Shown: one piece after another, positions 39,266 to 52,191 of the stretch | Numbering within the stretch: the stretch's first letter is position 1 | Layout: each line of letters opens with the position of its first letter | From: Vicugna vicugna | Lineage: Eukaryota | DNA: 64,000 nt | Assembly: GCA_013265495.1 (NCBI GenBank) | Contig: MU057711.1 | Location: 2,120,844 to 2,184,843 of the forward strand | Reading direction: 5' to 3' | Notes under the pieces: generated by a model | What the model was told of the DNA's origin: nothing | Seen by the model: only the letters and a program-made list of their open reading frames with translations | Databases searched by the model: none | Made by a program: the position numbers and the translations under genes

Positions 39266-39784
39266 CCAGGAATTGCAATTGGATATTGTCATTCTAACAT
39301 TAGGTAATGTTCATGATCTAATGTTTAGAAAACTATACTTATCTCATTAAGAAATACATGTCCATTCAATAAAAAAGTATATATATAAGAAATCCATTTC
39401 TGATCAAACTTTATTCTGTTTGTTATTATGTCTTAGTATCTGTAATATATTTATATTGCTTTGATCAGCTGTTTACACATGATAATCTATTATGTAACAC
39501 AATCCAGAATCCTTTTTTTAATAGAGCCCCTTGGACACAAGACATTTAAATTTAACATTTAATTTAGATACATAACTTTATGACAGAGAAGTATGGTAGG
39601 ATAATCAATTTTTTAAACTTTCAAGCATAAAACTATGTTAGGAAACAACTCCATGGTCAAAGGGAAAGGAAATAGTCCAAAGAGAAAAGGAACAGTGTAT
39701 AAAATTTTGCTTTAAGAGCTATATAGAGCTAGATATGGATATAGATATACCAATATACATATATATATATATATATATTCTCCC

Positions 39785-41940
39785 TCCAATGGAGAATTAT
39801 CTATTCAAATCCTTTGTCCATTTTTAAATTAGGTGAATTATCTTTTTATTGCTGGGTTGTAAGAGTTTTTAATATATTCTGGATACAAGTTCCTTATCAG
39901 ATACATGATTTGCAAATATTCTCTCCCATTCTATAGGTTGTCTTTCTTTTCACTTTCTCAGTGGTGTCCTTTGAAACAAAGTTTTTAATTTTGATGAAGT
40001 CCAGTTTATCCATTTTTCCTTTTGTCACTTGTGCTTTTGTTACTGTATCTAAGATGGGTTTTGCCTAACTCAAGGTCACAAAGACTTACTCAGAAGTTTT
40101 CTTCAAAGGGAGTTATAGTTTTGGTCTTACATGATCCGCTGGGAGTTAATTTTTGGGTATGGTGTAAGGAATAGGTACAATTTCATTCTTTTGCATATAG
40201 ATATTCAGTTGGTTCAGCACCATTTGTTCAGAGGACTATTCTTTCCATGTTGAATTGTCTTGACATCCTTATCAAAAATCAATTGACTCTAAATGCAGGC
40301 TTTACTTCTGAATTCCCAATTCTATTCCACTGATCTATATGTCTATCATAGGCCAGTATCACACTGTCTTTGTAGTAAGTTTTGAAATGTGGAAGTGTGA
40401 GTTCTCCAAACTTATTTCTTTTTCCGAAATTGTTTTGGCTATTTCGGTCCCTTGCATTTCCACATGAAATTTAGGATCAATTTGTCAATTTCTGCAAAGA
40501 AGCCAGTTGAGATTTTAATAGGTATTGCATTGACTCTGTAGATCATTTGGGGTAATATTGCCATCTTAACAATAGTGTCTTCTAATCCATGAATATGGGA
40601 TGCCTTTTCAATTTTTTAGGTCTTTATTAATTTCTTCCAATAATATTTTATAGTTTTCACAGTACAAGTTTTGCCCTTATTTTGTTGAATGTATTCTTAA
40701 ATATGTTATTATTTTTGATGCTACTGTAAGTATAATTATTTCATTAATTTCACTTTTGGATTGTTCATTGCTAGTGCAGAGAAACATAATTCACTTTTGT
40801 ATATTGATCTTACACCCCTCAACCTTGCTAAACCCATTTGTTCTAATAGTTTACAGGTGAATTCCTTTGGATTGTCTATATATAAGATCATGTCTTCTAC
40901 TTCTACTTCTTCCATTCCAATCTGGATTCCTTTGATCTCATTTTATTGCCTACTTGCCTGAGAGAACCTCCATTACAATGTTGGACATCTGTGTCTACTT
41001 CTTGTTCTTAGGCGGAAAACATTCACCATTAAGTATGAAGTTAGCTGTGGGTTTTGTAAATGTTCTTTCTCAACACTGAGGAAATTTCCTTTTATTGTTA
41101 GTTTGTTGTGTGTTTTGATCATGGAAAGATACTGGATTTTGTCAAATGCTTCTTCTGCAACTATTGAGATGATCATGTAGGGTTTCCCACACTTTTAAAA
41201 TTGAGATATAGTTCACATACCATAAAATTCACTTTTAAAGTGTACAACTCAGTGGTTTTTAGAATATTTTCAAAGTTATGCAATCATCACTATCTAATTC
41301 CAGAACACTTTCATCACCCTAAAAAGAAATCTCATATGCCCCATTTTTCCTTTCCCTAAACTCTTGGCAACTACTATCTACTTTCTATCTCTATGGATGT
41401 GCATTTTGTAGCATTTGTCAGCACTTTTTTTCTTTTTATTTGAATAATATTCCACTATATAGAAATATCACATTTTCTTTATCCATTCGTTAGTTGATGG
41501 GCATTTGGGTTGTTTCCACTCTGGCTATTACGAATAATGCTACCATGCACATTCATGTACCAGGTTTTTCGTGAACATATGTTTTCAATTCTCTTGGGTA
41601 TATTTCAATTCTCTTAGGAGTAGAATTGCTGATTCATATAGTAACTATATGCTTAACTTTTTGAGGAACTGCCAAACTGTTTTCCAAAGTAGCTGTACCA
41701 TTTTATATTCCTACTAACAATGCATGAATGCTCTAGTTTCTCTACATCCTCATCAAATCATGTGGGTCTTTTTTTTCCCTTTATTCTATTAATATGATTA
41801 ACTAACTCAGTTTCTAATGTCCAACCAACTTTGCATTTGTGGGGTAAATCACACTTCAACTGTATAATCCTTTTTCTGCATTGCTGGATTTGACCTAATA
41901 ATTTTTAAAGGTTTTGTGTCCATACTCATAAGAGATATTC
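39785..41940 (-). mobile_element. L1M ORF2 fragment with a second L1 3' end (~41190-41757) nested inside
   Basis: ORF 40973..41176(-) MIISIVAEEAFDKIQY.. is L1 RT-like; ATCATGTAGGGT / ATCATGTGGGT flank the nested element. Confidence 0.82.
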
Positions 41941-42577
41941 ATGTATTTTTAAAGGGATGATGGTGGTTGTCAAATTGCCATGGTATTTAGATTCCATTGA
42001 ATACTTTTAAAAGATTGATATAAAAGTTTATTTCCAAACATCAATATCTACAATACACCAGAAATTACATCTTTTACAAGGATTTAAGCCCATGTTGAAA
42101 ATATCAGGTGTAATTTTAAAAAAAACCTGTGAGGAGGCATATAGTTCCTCATAATTATCTTAGAAGGTATTGCCATGGAAATGGTATGGAGTTTCCTGTT
42201 GTTCCACTTTGAGGGGCCATTGGAAGTTTCTGAAGGCAAGACTACAGTGATTCAGTGTTTTACAAACCACTGTTTGGGACATGGGTGGGAGAGAGCAGGA
42301 GACTAGTTAGAGGTCCTTGCTGTAAATCCAGGCTATATGGCAGCTTGGGTCAGAGTGGGAGCTGTGGAGGTGGTGAGAAGTGATTAAATTTTAAATAGAT
42401 GTGATGATAGAGCCAACAGGATTGCTACCTGATCTGAGGTGCCATGCGGAAAGAGAGGGAATCAATGGTAATTCCAGATATAGGGTTTGGAGCTGATCAA
42501 CTCATCTACTTACTTATAAAGCCAACTCTGAAATGCATTTGAAACACGCTTTGGCTCACAGAACTGTTGTGGGATTT

Positions 42578-42700
42578 GGGGGTAAGGGTATAGCTCAAAT
42601 GGTAGAGCGTATGCCCAGCACCCAAGAGGACAAGGGTTCATTCCCCAGTACCTCCTCCAAGAGGAAATCAATGAAGAAACCTAATTACTGCCCCCTCGTA
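42578..42700 (+). mobile_element. tRNA-derived SINE (Vic-1-like)
   Basis: GGGTATAGCTCAAATGGTAGAGCG...GGGTTCATTCCCCAGTACCTCC...AAACCTAATTAC. Confidence 0.85.
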
Positions 42701-44214
42701 GCCAACAATGTATGCTTTAATTTGTTGTGGGGTTAAAAGGAGGTATAATGCCCCTGAACTATAAAAGGTGTAGCGCCAGACCTCCAGTAAAACATAACAA
42801 ATTTTATCTATTGTATTGGGTATCCCTCTTTGAAGCAGCTCTTCATCTTATCACTGATATTTTAAGAGTCTTTAGCGTTTTCTCTTTTCTTTTTATAACT
42901 CTATCCTCACAGAAGGCAGGAGTGATTCATAGAGACCTTTGCATTCTCAGGTCATATCCTAGTGCCTGCAGCATGCATTCCTTAAATATTTGTCCACTAT
43001 CTGCTTGACAAATCTCATTGACATGATGTTTCTACAAGTGTATATCGTTTGATCTCCCCATCACCTCAGGTTCTAAACTTTTTAACTTGACTCTGCAGCC
43101 CTATTTCCCTCTCTTCCTCCCTTGCTGTCACCCAAGCCCATATGACCCATCCATGTAGATGTCAATGACAGGTTAATACTGTGCACCTTTCAAAGGCATG
43201 TTCAACATTTTTTTTAAAGCACAGATAAAAATGAAAGCTAGAGACGGAGAACCCCAGGAGGTAGTCCTTAGGCTTCCCTCTGTTGTCCCAAGCTCTTGCT
43301 AGAAACTTGCACATCCCATCAGGCACACAGAAACCCTGCAGTTAACAAAATTGTCTCCTCTGGAGGCAAGTTAGCAAAGCTCTCACTTATCACAGTGCTT
43401 TGCAATGTCCTATTCATCAGCTGTCTCCTTCCTCACCTCTCCAGGAGCTAGCCCCTGAGATACTGTCATGTAACAGATGTTCACTAGCCATTCCCTAAGC
43501 ACTGTTGGGTGGTGATGAATCACACTTGATGGAGAAATGGAACACTGAGCAAGAAGTCAAGGGATAGTTTGACTTAGGGCTTAAATTCCGTTATCCAGGC
43601 TATGACAATAATCACAGGATCTGAGCAAACTCATTCTTACTTGTCTCATTGTAAACTGAGCCTATTAATACCTACATTGGTGGCTTTCAAAATTTCAAGC
43701 TTTTTTTTTTTTTTTGGAACTCTCAGTTAAGTTTATGCTTTACATTACTATCAGAACGCAGCATGCATGCCACACATATGCAGCCAAAGATCATGAACAC
43801 TTAGTTTAACTTCTAGTGATGCTAATATTTTTCATTTTACTTTAGTTCATATTAAAAAACTAACAGTCATGGCTCGTTAAATGGATTTCATGGCCCTCTC
43901 AGGGATGTTGACCCACAGTTTAAAGAAGTATTGCCTTGGAGGGCTAAATGAGACAACACATATAAAGGGTTTGGCCCAGAGGATGGCTTGCTACTTGGAA
44001 CCTTCTTAGGGCTCATATTTGCATGGCTAGTTGCTTCTTGGGGTTCTCAACTCAAATGCCCTGCACCATGTAGCTCTTTCTGAGCACTAGTTCCTGTTAC
44101 TCCTCCTTTATCTCACTGTGTCCTATTACCCTGTCGCTTCCTTCATAGGACCATGTTTATCACCTGCGGTAACCCTAATAAATACAGTGACTGACATGTC
44201 ATGCAATAAATACG

Positions 44215-44336
44215 TTTTTTGGGGGGGGGAAGGGAGGTAATTAGATTTATTTATTCTTGATGGAGGTATTGAGATTGAACCCAGGACCTCGTGCATGCTA
44301 GGCATGCACTCTACCACTGAGCTATGCCCCCTGCCC
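44215..44336 (-). mobile_element. tRNA-derived SINE (Vic-1-like)
   Basis: Reverse strand reads GGGCATAGCTCAGTGGTAGAGTGCATGCCTAGCATGCACGAGGTCCTGGGTTCAAT. Confidence 0.88.
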
Positions 44337-44759
44337 ATTGAATAGTTCTTGAATGAATGTATAAGCACAAGGAAATGAGCAAGAAAGCATTTTAATCAAA
44401 TATAAATGCAGTCAATGCCTCACAGATTTTTTTTAAGTTATAGAATTTGTTTGTTTTATCATTTATGAAAATTGGGTGGTGTGAGAAAAAATAATCAAGG
44501 GAGAAATGTGTACTTAAGGGGGTAGATATCTAGGAAAGAAACACTGTAAGAAATGCCATTATTTGGATTCTAATTAGTTCTTTACATACCTTATTTCCCT
44601 GAGTCCTAAAGGGAGGACCAGCTAGTTGAATTCTGTGTCTCTTTTAGTGACCAGAACACTCCCTAGAAGGTAGTGGGCGCTCAATAACTATTTAAGTATT
44701 GAAAGAACCAAGCAGGAAACTAGGGACACACTACTGAAAGAACTTGCTCAGGCAGGCTG

Positions 44760-45400
44760 CAGTTCCTCCCCAAGACAGGAGGCGGCGCCAGTGTTACGCC
44801 AGCTCGGCCTCCGGCAGTTCTTGGTCCCTCTGGCTGACCGTACAACGCTAGGCCCCGAGGCCCGTGCAGGAGCTAGCCAATGGAAAATCATCTTAGTTGT
44901 GGGGTGTGGCACCAATGTCCAATGAGCCTAGAGGGTCTAGGCAAAGGGCGGTGCGACGAGGAGGGGCAGAGGGGAGCGGTTAGAGGTGGGAGTTGGCGCT
45001 GAGTACCGGGCGGGGGCCGCCCTGCTGAGATGCGGACGGGGCCGCGGCAGTGACCGGAGCTGCCGCCCGACATGAACTCGCTGGAGCAGGCGGAAGGTAG
45101 GGTCCTGGGCCGCCTAGGCCCGTCCCGGGCTCCTCCCGGAAGCCGGCTGGGCTCCAGAGGGGCCGGAGTCGTGGAAAGCCAGTCCCAGAGAGAGGAGGCC
45201 GGCTGCGAATGGACTGACGGGGTCCGGAGCTGAGGAGTGCAGGGGCCCGGCCCAGGAGCCTGTGGGCGGCCGGACCGGCCGGGCGCGGGTTCCGGCGCGC
45301 GTGGCCTCCACCGGCACTGGGGGGCGCTGAGTCTGCTCTCCGCCTTCCCCCAGCTTACACCCGGGTGCTCCTCGCCCGGGTGCTCCTCGCTCGGGCTAGT
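44760..45400 (+). promoter_or_regulatory. CpG-island promoter of CNEP1R1 with three CCAAT boxes and GC boxes
   Basis: High GC and CpG density; CCAAT at 44877, 44912, 44919; GGGCGG at 44946 and 45008; no TATA box; spans exon 1. Confidence 0.9.
45072..45096 (+). CDS. CNEP1R1: CNEP1R1 coding exon 1 (MNSLEQAE, phase-1 end)
   Basis: ATG at 45072 in context CCCGACATGA inside a CpG island; donor AAG|GTAGGG at 45097; peptide matches the known CNEP1R1 N-terminus. Confidence 0.96.
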
Positions 45401-46209
45401 TTATTTTTCACTCGTTTAGCAAATATTTGCGCTTCGTGCCTTGTAGGATGCTAATTCACTTTGTATTTTTTTGATAAGCTCACGAGTTGTATCCGTAATT
45501 CCTGCCGTGGTTTCTGATAATTGCCAGGTTAAGGGAGTGCCTCTTGATTTCTTTTTTAAAGTTTACAAAAGGCGTCTGTGGAAATGATACCCCCACCTTG
45601 CTCGTTCAGAGGGAGCACCTTGGACGCCCCTGTCTTGTGGAACACGGCGTCGGCGCTCTGATAGTGCCATGAAGATCACCTGTAGCCTTTTTGGAGGGAG
45701 GAAAGCGGAGCGTCTTTCCATACCCACCCGTTAGCTATGTCAGAAGTCCAGCATGACCGGACAGAAAGCGTAGCTGTTATTTATAAATATAAGGGCTGAA
45801 AGTCGGAATCGGATAATTGCATTCAAATAGACTTCGAAGACTGATGTTAGGTAGTACGTTGTTATGTCTAATAGGAAGTTCTTGGTTCCAACAGAGTTAA
45901 CACTCGACCTGATTTTGATTCTTTTATTTGCAACCCCCAAATTTCTAGCTTTTGGCGCCGAGTGAGGTTGCTGCTGATTTTCCACATACCATTTTACGCA
46001 GCTTCTAAAAGTGAACCAGCCAATTTCCTTACATGTGAAATTGGAATTAAAGAAACTTAATGTTTTTTGTCAAATGTTGAAGTTGTCATAGTAAACGAAA
46101 TAAACAGTGCAGTGATAATGTAAGCTGGTATGTAAGACCTGAAGCAGAGTATCTAAAATTTCATCTTAATCGACTCAAACTAGTAGGAGTAGCTAATTAG
46201 AAAACTGAG

Positions 46210-46235
46210 TTGTTTGTTTGTTTGTTTGTTTGTTT
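46210..46235. repeat. (TTTG)n tetranucleotide repeat just upstream of the exon 2 acceptor
   Basis: Read directly from the sequence. Confidence 0.9.
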
Positions 46236-46247
46236 TTCTTTGCTTAG

Positions 46248-46319
46248 ATCTCAAGGCTTTCGAGAGGAGACTTACTGAATATATTCATTGTTTGCAACCT
46301 GCCACTGGACGTTGGAGAA
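46248..46319 (+). CDS. CNEP1R1: CNEP1R1 coding exon 2 ([24 protein letters not shown])
   Basis: Acceptor tttgcttag|; donor GAA|GTAAGT at 46320; 72 nt, in frame with exons 1 and 3. Confidence 0.97.
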
Positions 46320-48329
46320 GTAAGTGCCTGAATGTTTTTTAAGGGAAAATAAACTGACAATTGATACTTTTATTCCTGCCTAGCAATAGTTTATTTTCTG
46401 TAAAACTTTAGATTAACAAGTGCTCTAGTAAACAGTAAGATTTCCTTTTGTTTTGACAGTTTTTTAATTTATTTAATGTTGTAAATAATATGTTATAAAG
46501 AAATTTTAAGGAAGAAAACTGACTACCCCCAAAAAAAGCAGTCTGTTTTATGTGGTTGAATTTTTATTTTTCTATTAAAGACATAAACTTTTTAAAATTA
46601 AACAAATTTACAGATCTGATAACCAGCACACATAATAAAAGCTTCAGTTGCCTGTTTAGCAGTTTTACAATTTGCCTACAAACTATTGAAATAAACTTTA
46701 AGGAAAATCGTGTTCAGTGAATACTGCAAAATATGATTTGAAAGAATTGTGTGCTTACTGCCCCATGGAAATGTATGAGAAGTGCAGACAAGCATGTAGG
46801 TGATGACATCAGCAAGCAAAATACTTTGCTAACTTATGTTGGGACAGTCTTAATTTCTTGGATGTTTATTGTTGAAATTTAATTTCTGCCAAGAAGGGAG
46901 TACAGCAGCACACATTGAGGAGATACTTTATTTCGAAGTATAATTCGGTTTGTGGGACCACAAGAGCGTTATTGAAGTGAGGGGTCTTTTTCTGTGTCAA
47001 GATTTTCTGTATGATTTAACTAAATCAATTTGTGAAGTTTTAATCATATGTTAGAGAAATTCTGATTGGTTGGAATTCACAAGTAATGATTTTTCTTAGG
47101 TTCTCCAGGTTACCTAGGAATAACCTTCAAAACCTTGTTTCACTGTTACTTGAGTCTTTTAAAAGCATATATATATAATGCTGCTCTGCTTATAGATGTA
47201 ATAAACATACTTTTCCTCTGATTCACAGTCTCAGTGCTTACGTATGAATGACAGCTTGTTTAATGTACCAAAGTACGCGTATGACATCCTTCTACTGGGT
47301 TTGCTTTTGCTTCATTTAATAAAAAACAAAAACAGTGTGCTTTAGTATATTTCTTACTGGAAGTGGAGAATTATAAGAAATTGAGTTTAATCTATTTTGA
47401 GCTGAGAACACAATTTTGAAATTTTGACTTTATTATTAAGTACCTAAAATGAGGCTTTTTTATGATTTGCCTCTTTTAAAAGTACATCACCGGGAGTTCT
47501 AGATAATTAAGAGCAATATTTCTATTACTTTTTTTTTTTTTTGAATATTTCTGTTACTTTTTGAAGCTTGATCTCAACATTTAAAAAATGTATGCATCCC
47601 AACTGAAAGACAGTAACTTTCTTGGTCTCCAGATTATTAGCTAGGTCTTGGTGCTCTTTTATTATTTTTTTAGTAATACCTTTTGTTCTTGAGTTTTACT
47701 TATGATCTATTTAGAGTTTCTAAAATAATTCTAGCTTAAGGGGAGAAAGAGACTTTTTCTAAGTCCTACTATCAGTCATTTCTAACCCAACCTTCCTTAG
47801 GTCCCTTAAAGAAAATCTGATACTGCTGGGGTGTCCCACACTTTCTAACACTGACCTTTGTTTAATTCAACAACAGGCAGTTGTCTGCATGGCAAAATCC
47901 TTTAGTCGGAATTCTCAGTGCATTTATAAAGGAGTATTTGTTTGGTTTGATTACATTAAAATGAGGTTTTTGTTGGTCGTTTGTGTTTTTTAATTAACAA
48001 AATCTGCAAAATCAGCATAAAGCACATTGAAAGTTACATAATAAAGTCTTACATTAGTTTTACCATCTTGGTTCTTCTGCTTTTAATTTTATTAATCTTC
48101 AGAAATTCTGACTCCAGTAATTGGGGAACAGTATCCTCCTCAGTTACTAAGGCTCACATTGTTCTAGAGAATTCCTCAAGGTCATATGGCAGTTCTCCTA
48201 ATTCCTGAGTCCAGTACATTTTCCGTTTAACAGAGTGCTGCATCCTTTGGCTGTCATTTATTAGGAACTGATAGTAGTATCATATTAATAGCTTATTTCC
48301 TTACTAATTTCGTGTTTATCTTTCATCAG

Positions 48330-48403
48330 TGCTTCTTATAGTGGTATCTGTCTGTACAGCTACTGGTGCCTGGAACTGGTTAATAGATCCCGAGACGCAA
48401 AAG
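48330..48403 (+). CDS. CNEP1R1: CNEP1R1 coding exon 3 ([25 protein letters not shown]; first hydrophobic segment)
   Basis: Acceptor tttcatcag|; donor AAG|GTAGAA; 74 nt, cumulative 171 nt = 57 codons. Confidence 0.97.
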
Positions 48404-50313
48404 GTAGAAGTTTTGATTTAAAATCTTTAACAGATTAAATGAGATAATGGATATAACAGTTCTTTGTTCATTGTAAAGTATTACTCAAATGCTACCTGTT
48501 ACTGCTAGGAGTTATATTAATCATGCTATTAAAACTATGCCTTATATTAATTTGCTTAAAAGCTTTGGCTGGCTGTTGTGGATTAAGTATCTTTGCAGAG
48601 AAAAAGGCCTAAGAAATATTATTCCAGTTATGTTACTTCTCATTCATTTCTGAACTTGTGTGCTGTTTTTATGTACTCATTTTTACATGTTTCAGTGTAA
48701 ACATTGTCTTTACTCAGTTTTGTTCATTTAGTGTCATTGCTGAGACAACTTTGCAGGAAACATATATGATAAAATAGCAAATATAAATGTAATAAACAGC
48801 CAAGACTAGTCAAAAACAGAGTAGGAGGTCAAAACCAGGAAGGAAACCAAGTCACTGGTATCATAGGCCATGTAGGCCAGCAGAATTGCCAGGATTGAGT
48901 TGTAAATTAGTCTCTGAAGTCACAGCCAGTTCCATGGTCTTCATTGTGAGGAGAACACATGTTAAGTTCCTTAAGCTAGCAAAGCTTTTCCTTCTCAGCA
49001 TTTATCTCTAAAAAAGATTCCTGCCTGAAGTTCAATGTAGGAAACACTGAGAGGTCTCCCATTGGACACTGTCCAAGAATATCCTTGTACCAAAAGCAAT
49101 AATAGATTTCATAATGTTATTTCTTGAAACATCCGTTGATGAAAGCTGATAGCATGTTTCTCAAATTCTACCTCTTTCTACCAACTTGTGCCTTCATTTC
49201 ATATTTGGGCTTTTTTATTAGAGAAGCAGTCATTCTTCAATTTTTCAGTGAAGTTTCCCCCACCCCAGTTCAGCCTTTAAGTAACAATGAGGTACTTTTC
49301 ACAAATCTTAGCCCCACTTGTGCTTTTAAACTATAATTAGATATACTAATGCCGGTAGCTTTATTTACAGCCTTTAAAATTATACAGAAGAAAAATCTAA
49401 TAATAAGGCTTTTGTTGGCAGTCTAAATGGCAATTTAGACAGCCAGAGGGTTATGTAGCATGTAGTCTCCCTGACTTTATCCACTGAGGTGGAGATATAA
49501 AAGGATCAGAAGCCGGGGACGTTGGTGATGGAATTTCATGTTAATAGAGGGATTTTTATGACGAATAGGAAACTCTCCTGTGTGTTCATTTATAAAAATC
49601 TGATCTTAAGGCTGTGCTTGGTACTCATCTTTAGGGGAAGAGTGAAGGAGGCTGACAAGAAGATTGAAAAAGGTGTATCTTGGGATATGAATCTAACTTC
49701 TGATTGGAAAAAATATAAGCTGATTTCAGCTAGTTGAGATCTTAATAAAATACAGAATTAAATGTAATTTGAAATAGGCCCAAAACTCTGTAGTTAATAT
49801 AATTTTCTAAATTAGGTGAGAATGTAACTATTAGCCTAAGGGTTGGCTCTTTATATTTCAGTATTTAATAACCTCAAATCTGACAAGAGTTTTAAATAGC
49901 AATTGTGTCCGTAAGAGGAGTTACAAACTCAAAAGCCAGTGGCTAGCTCAAAGAAAGCGAGGAGAGAAGAAATACGGCAAACTGAATGCCTGAACTAAAG
50001 GAGGGGACTGTTACTTGGATGCGGTTGATTGTTGCCATGGAGGGAAGAAGGCTAATACTGACTGATCTTTTTAAAATTGAAACGTAAAATACTATATGTG
50101 CTAACACTGTGCAGGCCTGTGGAAATTAAACTGCCCTCAAAGGTTTTAAGAAGACATTACTCTGGAATATTAACCTTCAGGATCTCATCTTTCTGGGAGC
50201 TTCTTCCCTCCTGATGTTTTCAGCCTGTCATTTTTTCATTTAACAAATTTATTTAACCGGTACCATGCTAGGCCATCTGCCTGGTGCTATTCATAAGTTT
50301 TGTTCTCTCCCTC

Positions 50314-50558
50314 TTTTTTTTTTTTTAATTGAAGTATAGTCAGTTTACAGTGTTGCGTTAATTTCTGGTATACAGCATAGTGATTCAGTCGTGTATATAT
50401 ATATGTGTGTGTGTGTATGTGTGTGTGTGTATATATAGATATATGCTTTTTCTTTATAGGTTATTACAAGACATTGAATTTAGTTTCCTCTGCAATATAG
50501 TTTTTTTATTGTTATTTATCTATATTATATATAGTAGTTAATATCTGCAAATCCTGAA
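50314..50558 (-). mobile_element. Short young L1 3' end with (TA)/(TG) microsatellite, intron 3
   Basis: Poly-T followed by ATTGAAGTATAGTCAGTTTACA; same tail type as at ~63960. Confidence 0.8.
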
Positions 50559-51611
50559 TATAAGTTCAGTTCTCTGTTTTGAAACATGTACACATATCTT
50601 AGTATGAGAGTGGAATGCAGATGCCCTTAGCTTGCTCCCGTTTAGTTACTGGTCCATTTGATTTCTTTTTCCAGACTCTAAATACTTGTCTTCTCAGTCC
50701 ACATTCCTGTTCGCCAGTAGTCTGGCTTCAGTGCCTAGTCTTCTTCCAATTCTGGATCCTTGTCCCTCTACTTGTTCTTATAATTGTGTATGGTCCTGTT
50801 TTCTGCTATCATCTGGTTATGTCCAGATGTGAAATTAGGCCTGTATTTCACATGAATGCTAGGTCTTTATGGATAGTTACTAATCATTTTCCCCTGATTG
50901 AATGTTCTGTGGCCATCTAAATCTTGGTAGCTTCTAAACCAAACTCGCGTTTTGCCTCTTGAGAGAGAAAGAGTGATACTGGGCTCAGTCCTATAAGGAT
51001 ATGTAGGAGTTATCCAGGTGGAGAGGAGAAAAGGAAAATGGTAGTGTAAGTGTGCAAGTGTGGCAGGAGATGAGACTGAGACCAGGTTGTGAACGGCAGA
51101 GTTTGCACAACTCGGCTTTTTAACGGGGAAAGTAACTAGGTCATGTCTGATGTGTTTTCATTGAGATCAGAGGCCTCATCTTCATTCATTCAACAGTATT
51201 TACTGAGCCACCTGTATTTGCCAAATAGTATTTCGGGTGTTGGGAGAATAGTGATGCATAGGACAGTGTCCCTGTTCTCACTGAACTTGTAGTCTTGTGC
51301 TTCTTAAATTACTTCTCACTAGGAAGGGTTCAGTAAGTATTTTTGGTAGGGTGGTTTTTGAATTATAGAAGTGAATTTGTAATGGTTCAGGTTTTTGGAA
51401 TGAATGGAAGGACTATTGCTACGTTGAAAATATAAGACATTTTAATTTTTATACCATAGCAATATGAAGAATTGGGATTATTGGAGGTCTTCAGATTCCC
51501 ATATTTTAGATGATTAAATGGTACATACGGTTATGCACAAGTGGGGAGGTAGGAGTCAATTATTGTTCTAAGATTTTTAACATTTTTATATTTCAAACTC
51601 TTCTTTTACAG

Positions 51612-51721
51612 GTGTCCTTCTTCACTTCATTATGGAATCATCCGTTTTTCACCATCAGTTGTATCACTCTAATAGGCTTGTTCTTTGCTGGAATACACAA
51701 AAGAGTAGTTGCACCGTCAAT
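51612..51721 (+). CDS. CNEP1R1: CNEP1R1 coding exon 4 ([37 protein letters not shown]; second hydrophobic segment)
   Basis: Acceptor cttttacag|; peptide visible within ORF 51510..51761; ends at U12-type donor AT|GTATCCTTT. Confidence 0.97.
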
Positions 51722-51842
51722 GTATCCTTTCCCAGGAATTAAGTTTTATTCTCTGAACTAAATTAAAGCACTTCTCGATCTCTAGGTGTTGGTAAAAGCT
51801 CACTCCTGAAATACAAATTTTCCTTTGACCACATTTATCCAG
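51722..51842 (+). other. CNEP1R1: U12-type (minor spliceosome) GT-AG intron 4 of CNEP1R1, 121 nt
   Basis: 5' splice site GTATCCTTT is the U12 consensus; branch-like TTTCCTTTGAC at 51819-51829 lies 13 nt before the 3' end. Confidence 0.9.
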
Positions 51843-51897
51843 TATAGCTGCTCGATGTCGAACTGTATTAGCAGAGTACAATATGTCTTGTGATGAT
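51843..51897 (+). CDS. CNEP1R1: CNEP1R1 coding exon 5 (IAARCRTVLAEYNMSCDD)
   Basis: Acceptor ccag| at 51842; donor GAT|GTAAGT at 51898; 55 nt, cumulative 336 nt = 112 codons. Confidence 0.97.
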
Positions 51898-52017
51898 GTA
51901 AGTATTTTCACTAGAGAACTATAGACACGTGTGAAAGGACTGAAGTGTTTTGGCTTAAGTAAAACAAATGTTTTATTAACATTAAATTGTCTTCATGGAA
52001 TTAATAGGGGGAATATT

Positions 52018-52191
52018 CATTATAGCATTGATTCTAAGACACATTTTTTTAATACTGAACTGTGAAATTGAGATGTATCTAATAGTCAATGACGTCTTAC
52101 AATTAAATTGGTAGAGTTGACAGTAATCTTAATGACTTAAAATCATGATGCATCTTCTAATTGAAGCCATCTTAGATTCAGTGAAATACAG
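52018..52191. mobile_element. TcMar non-autonomous element (MER104-like), intron 5
   Basis: Inverted ends CATTGATTCTAAGAC / CATCTTAGATTCAGTGAAATACAG. Confidence 0.6.

Noticed and set aside
42578..42660. tRNA-like sequence with A and B boxes (also at the other SINE copies)
   Set aside because: SINE tail, TSDs on several copies and a broken cloverleaf show these are SINEs, not tRNA genes
51510..51761. 83-aa ORF as a standalone gene
   Set aside because: It is CNEP1R1 exon 4 extended into the flanking introns
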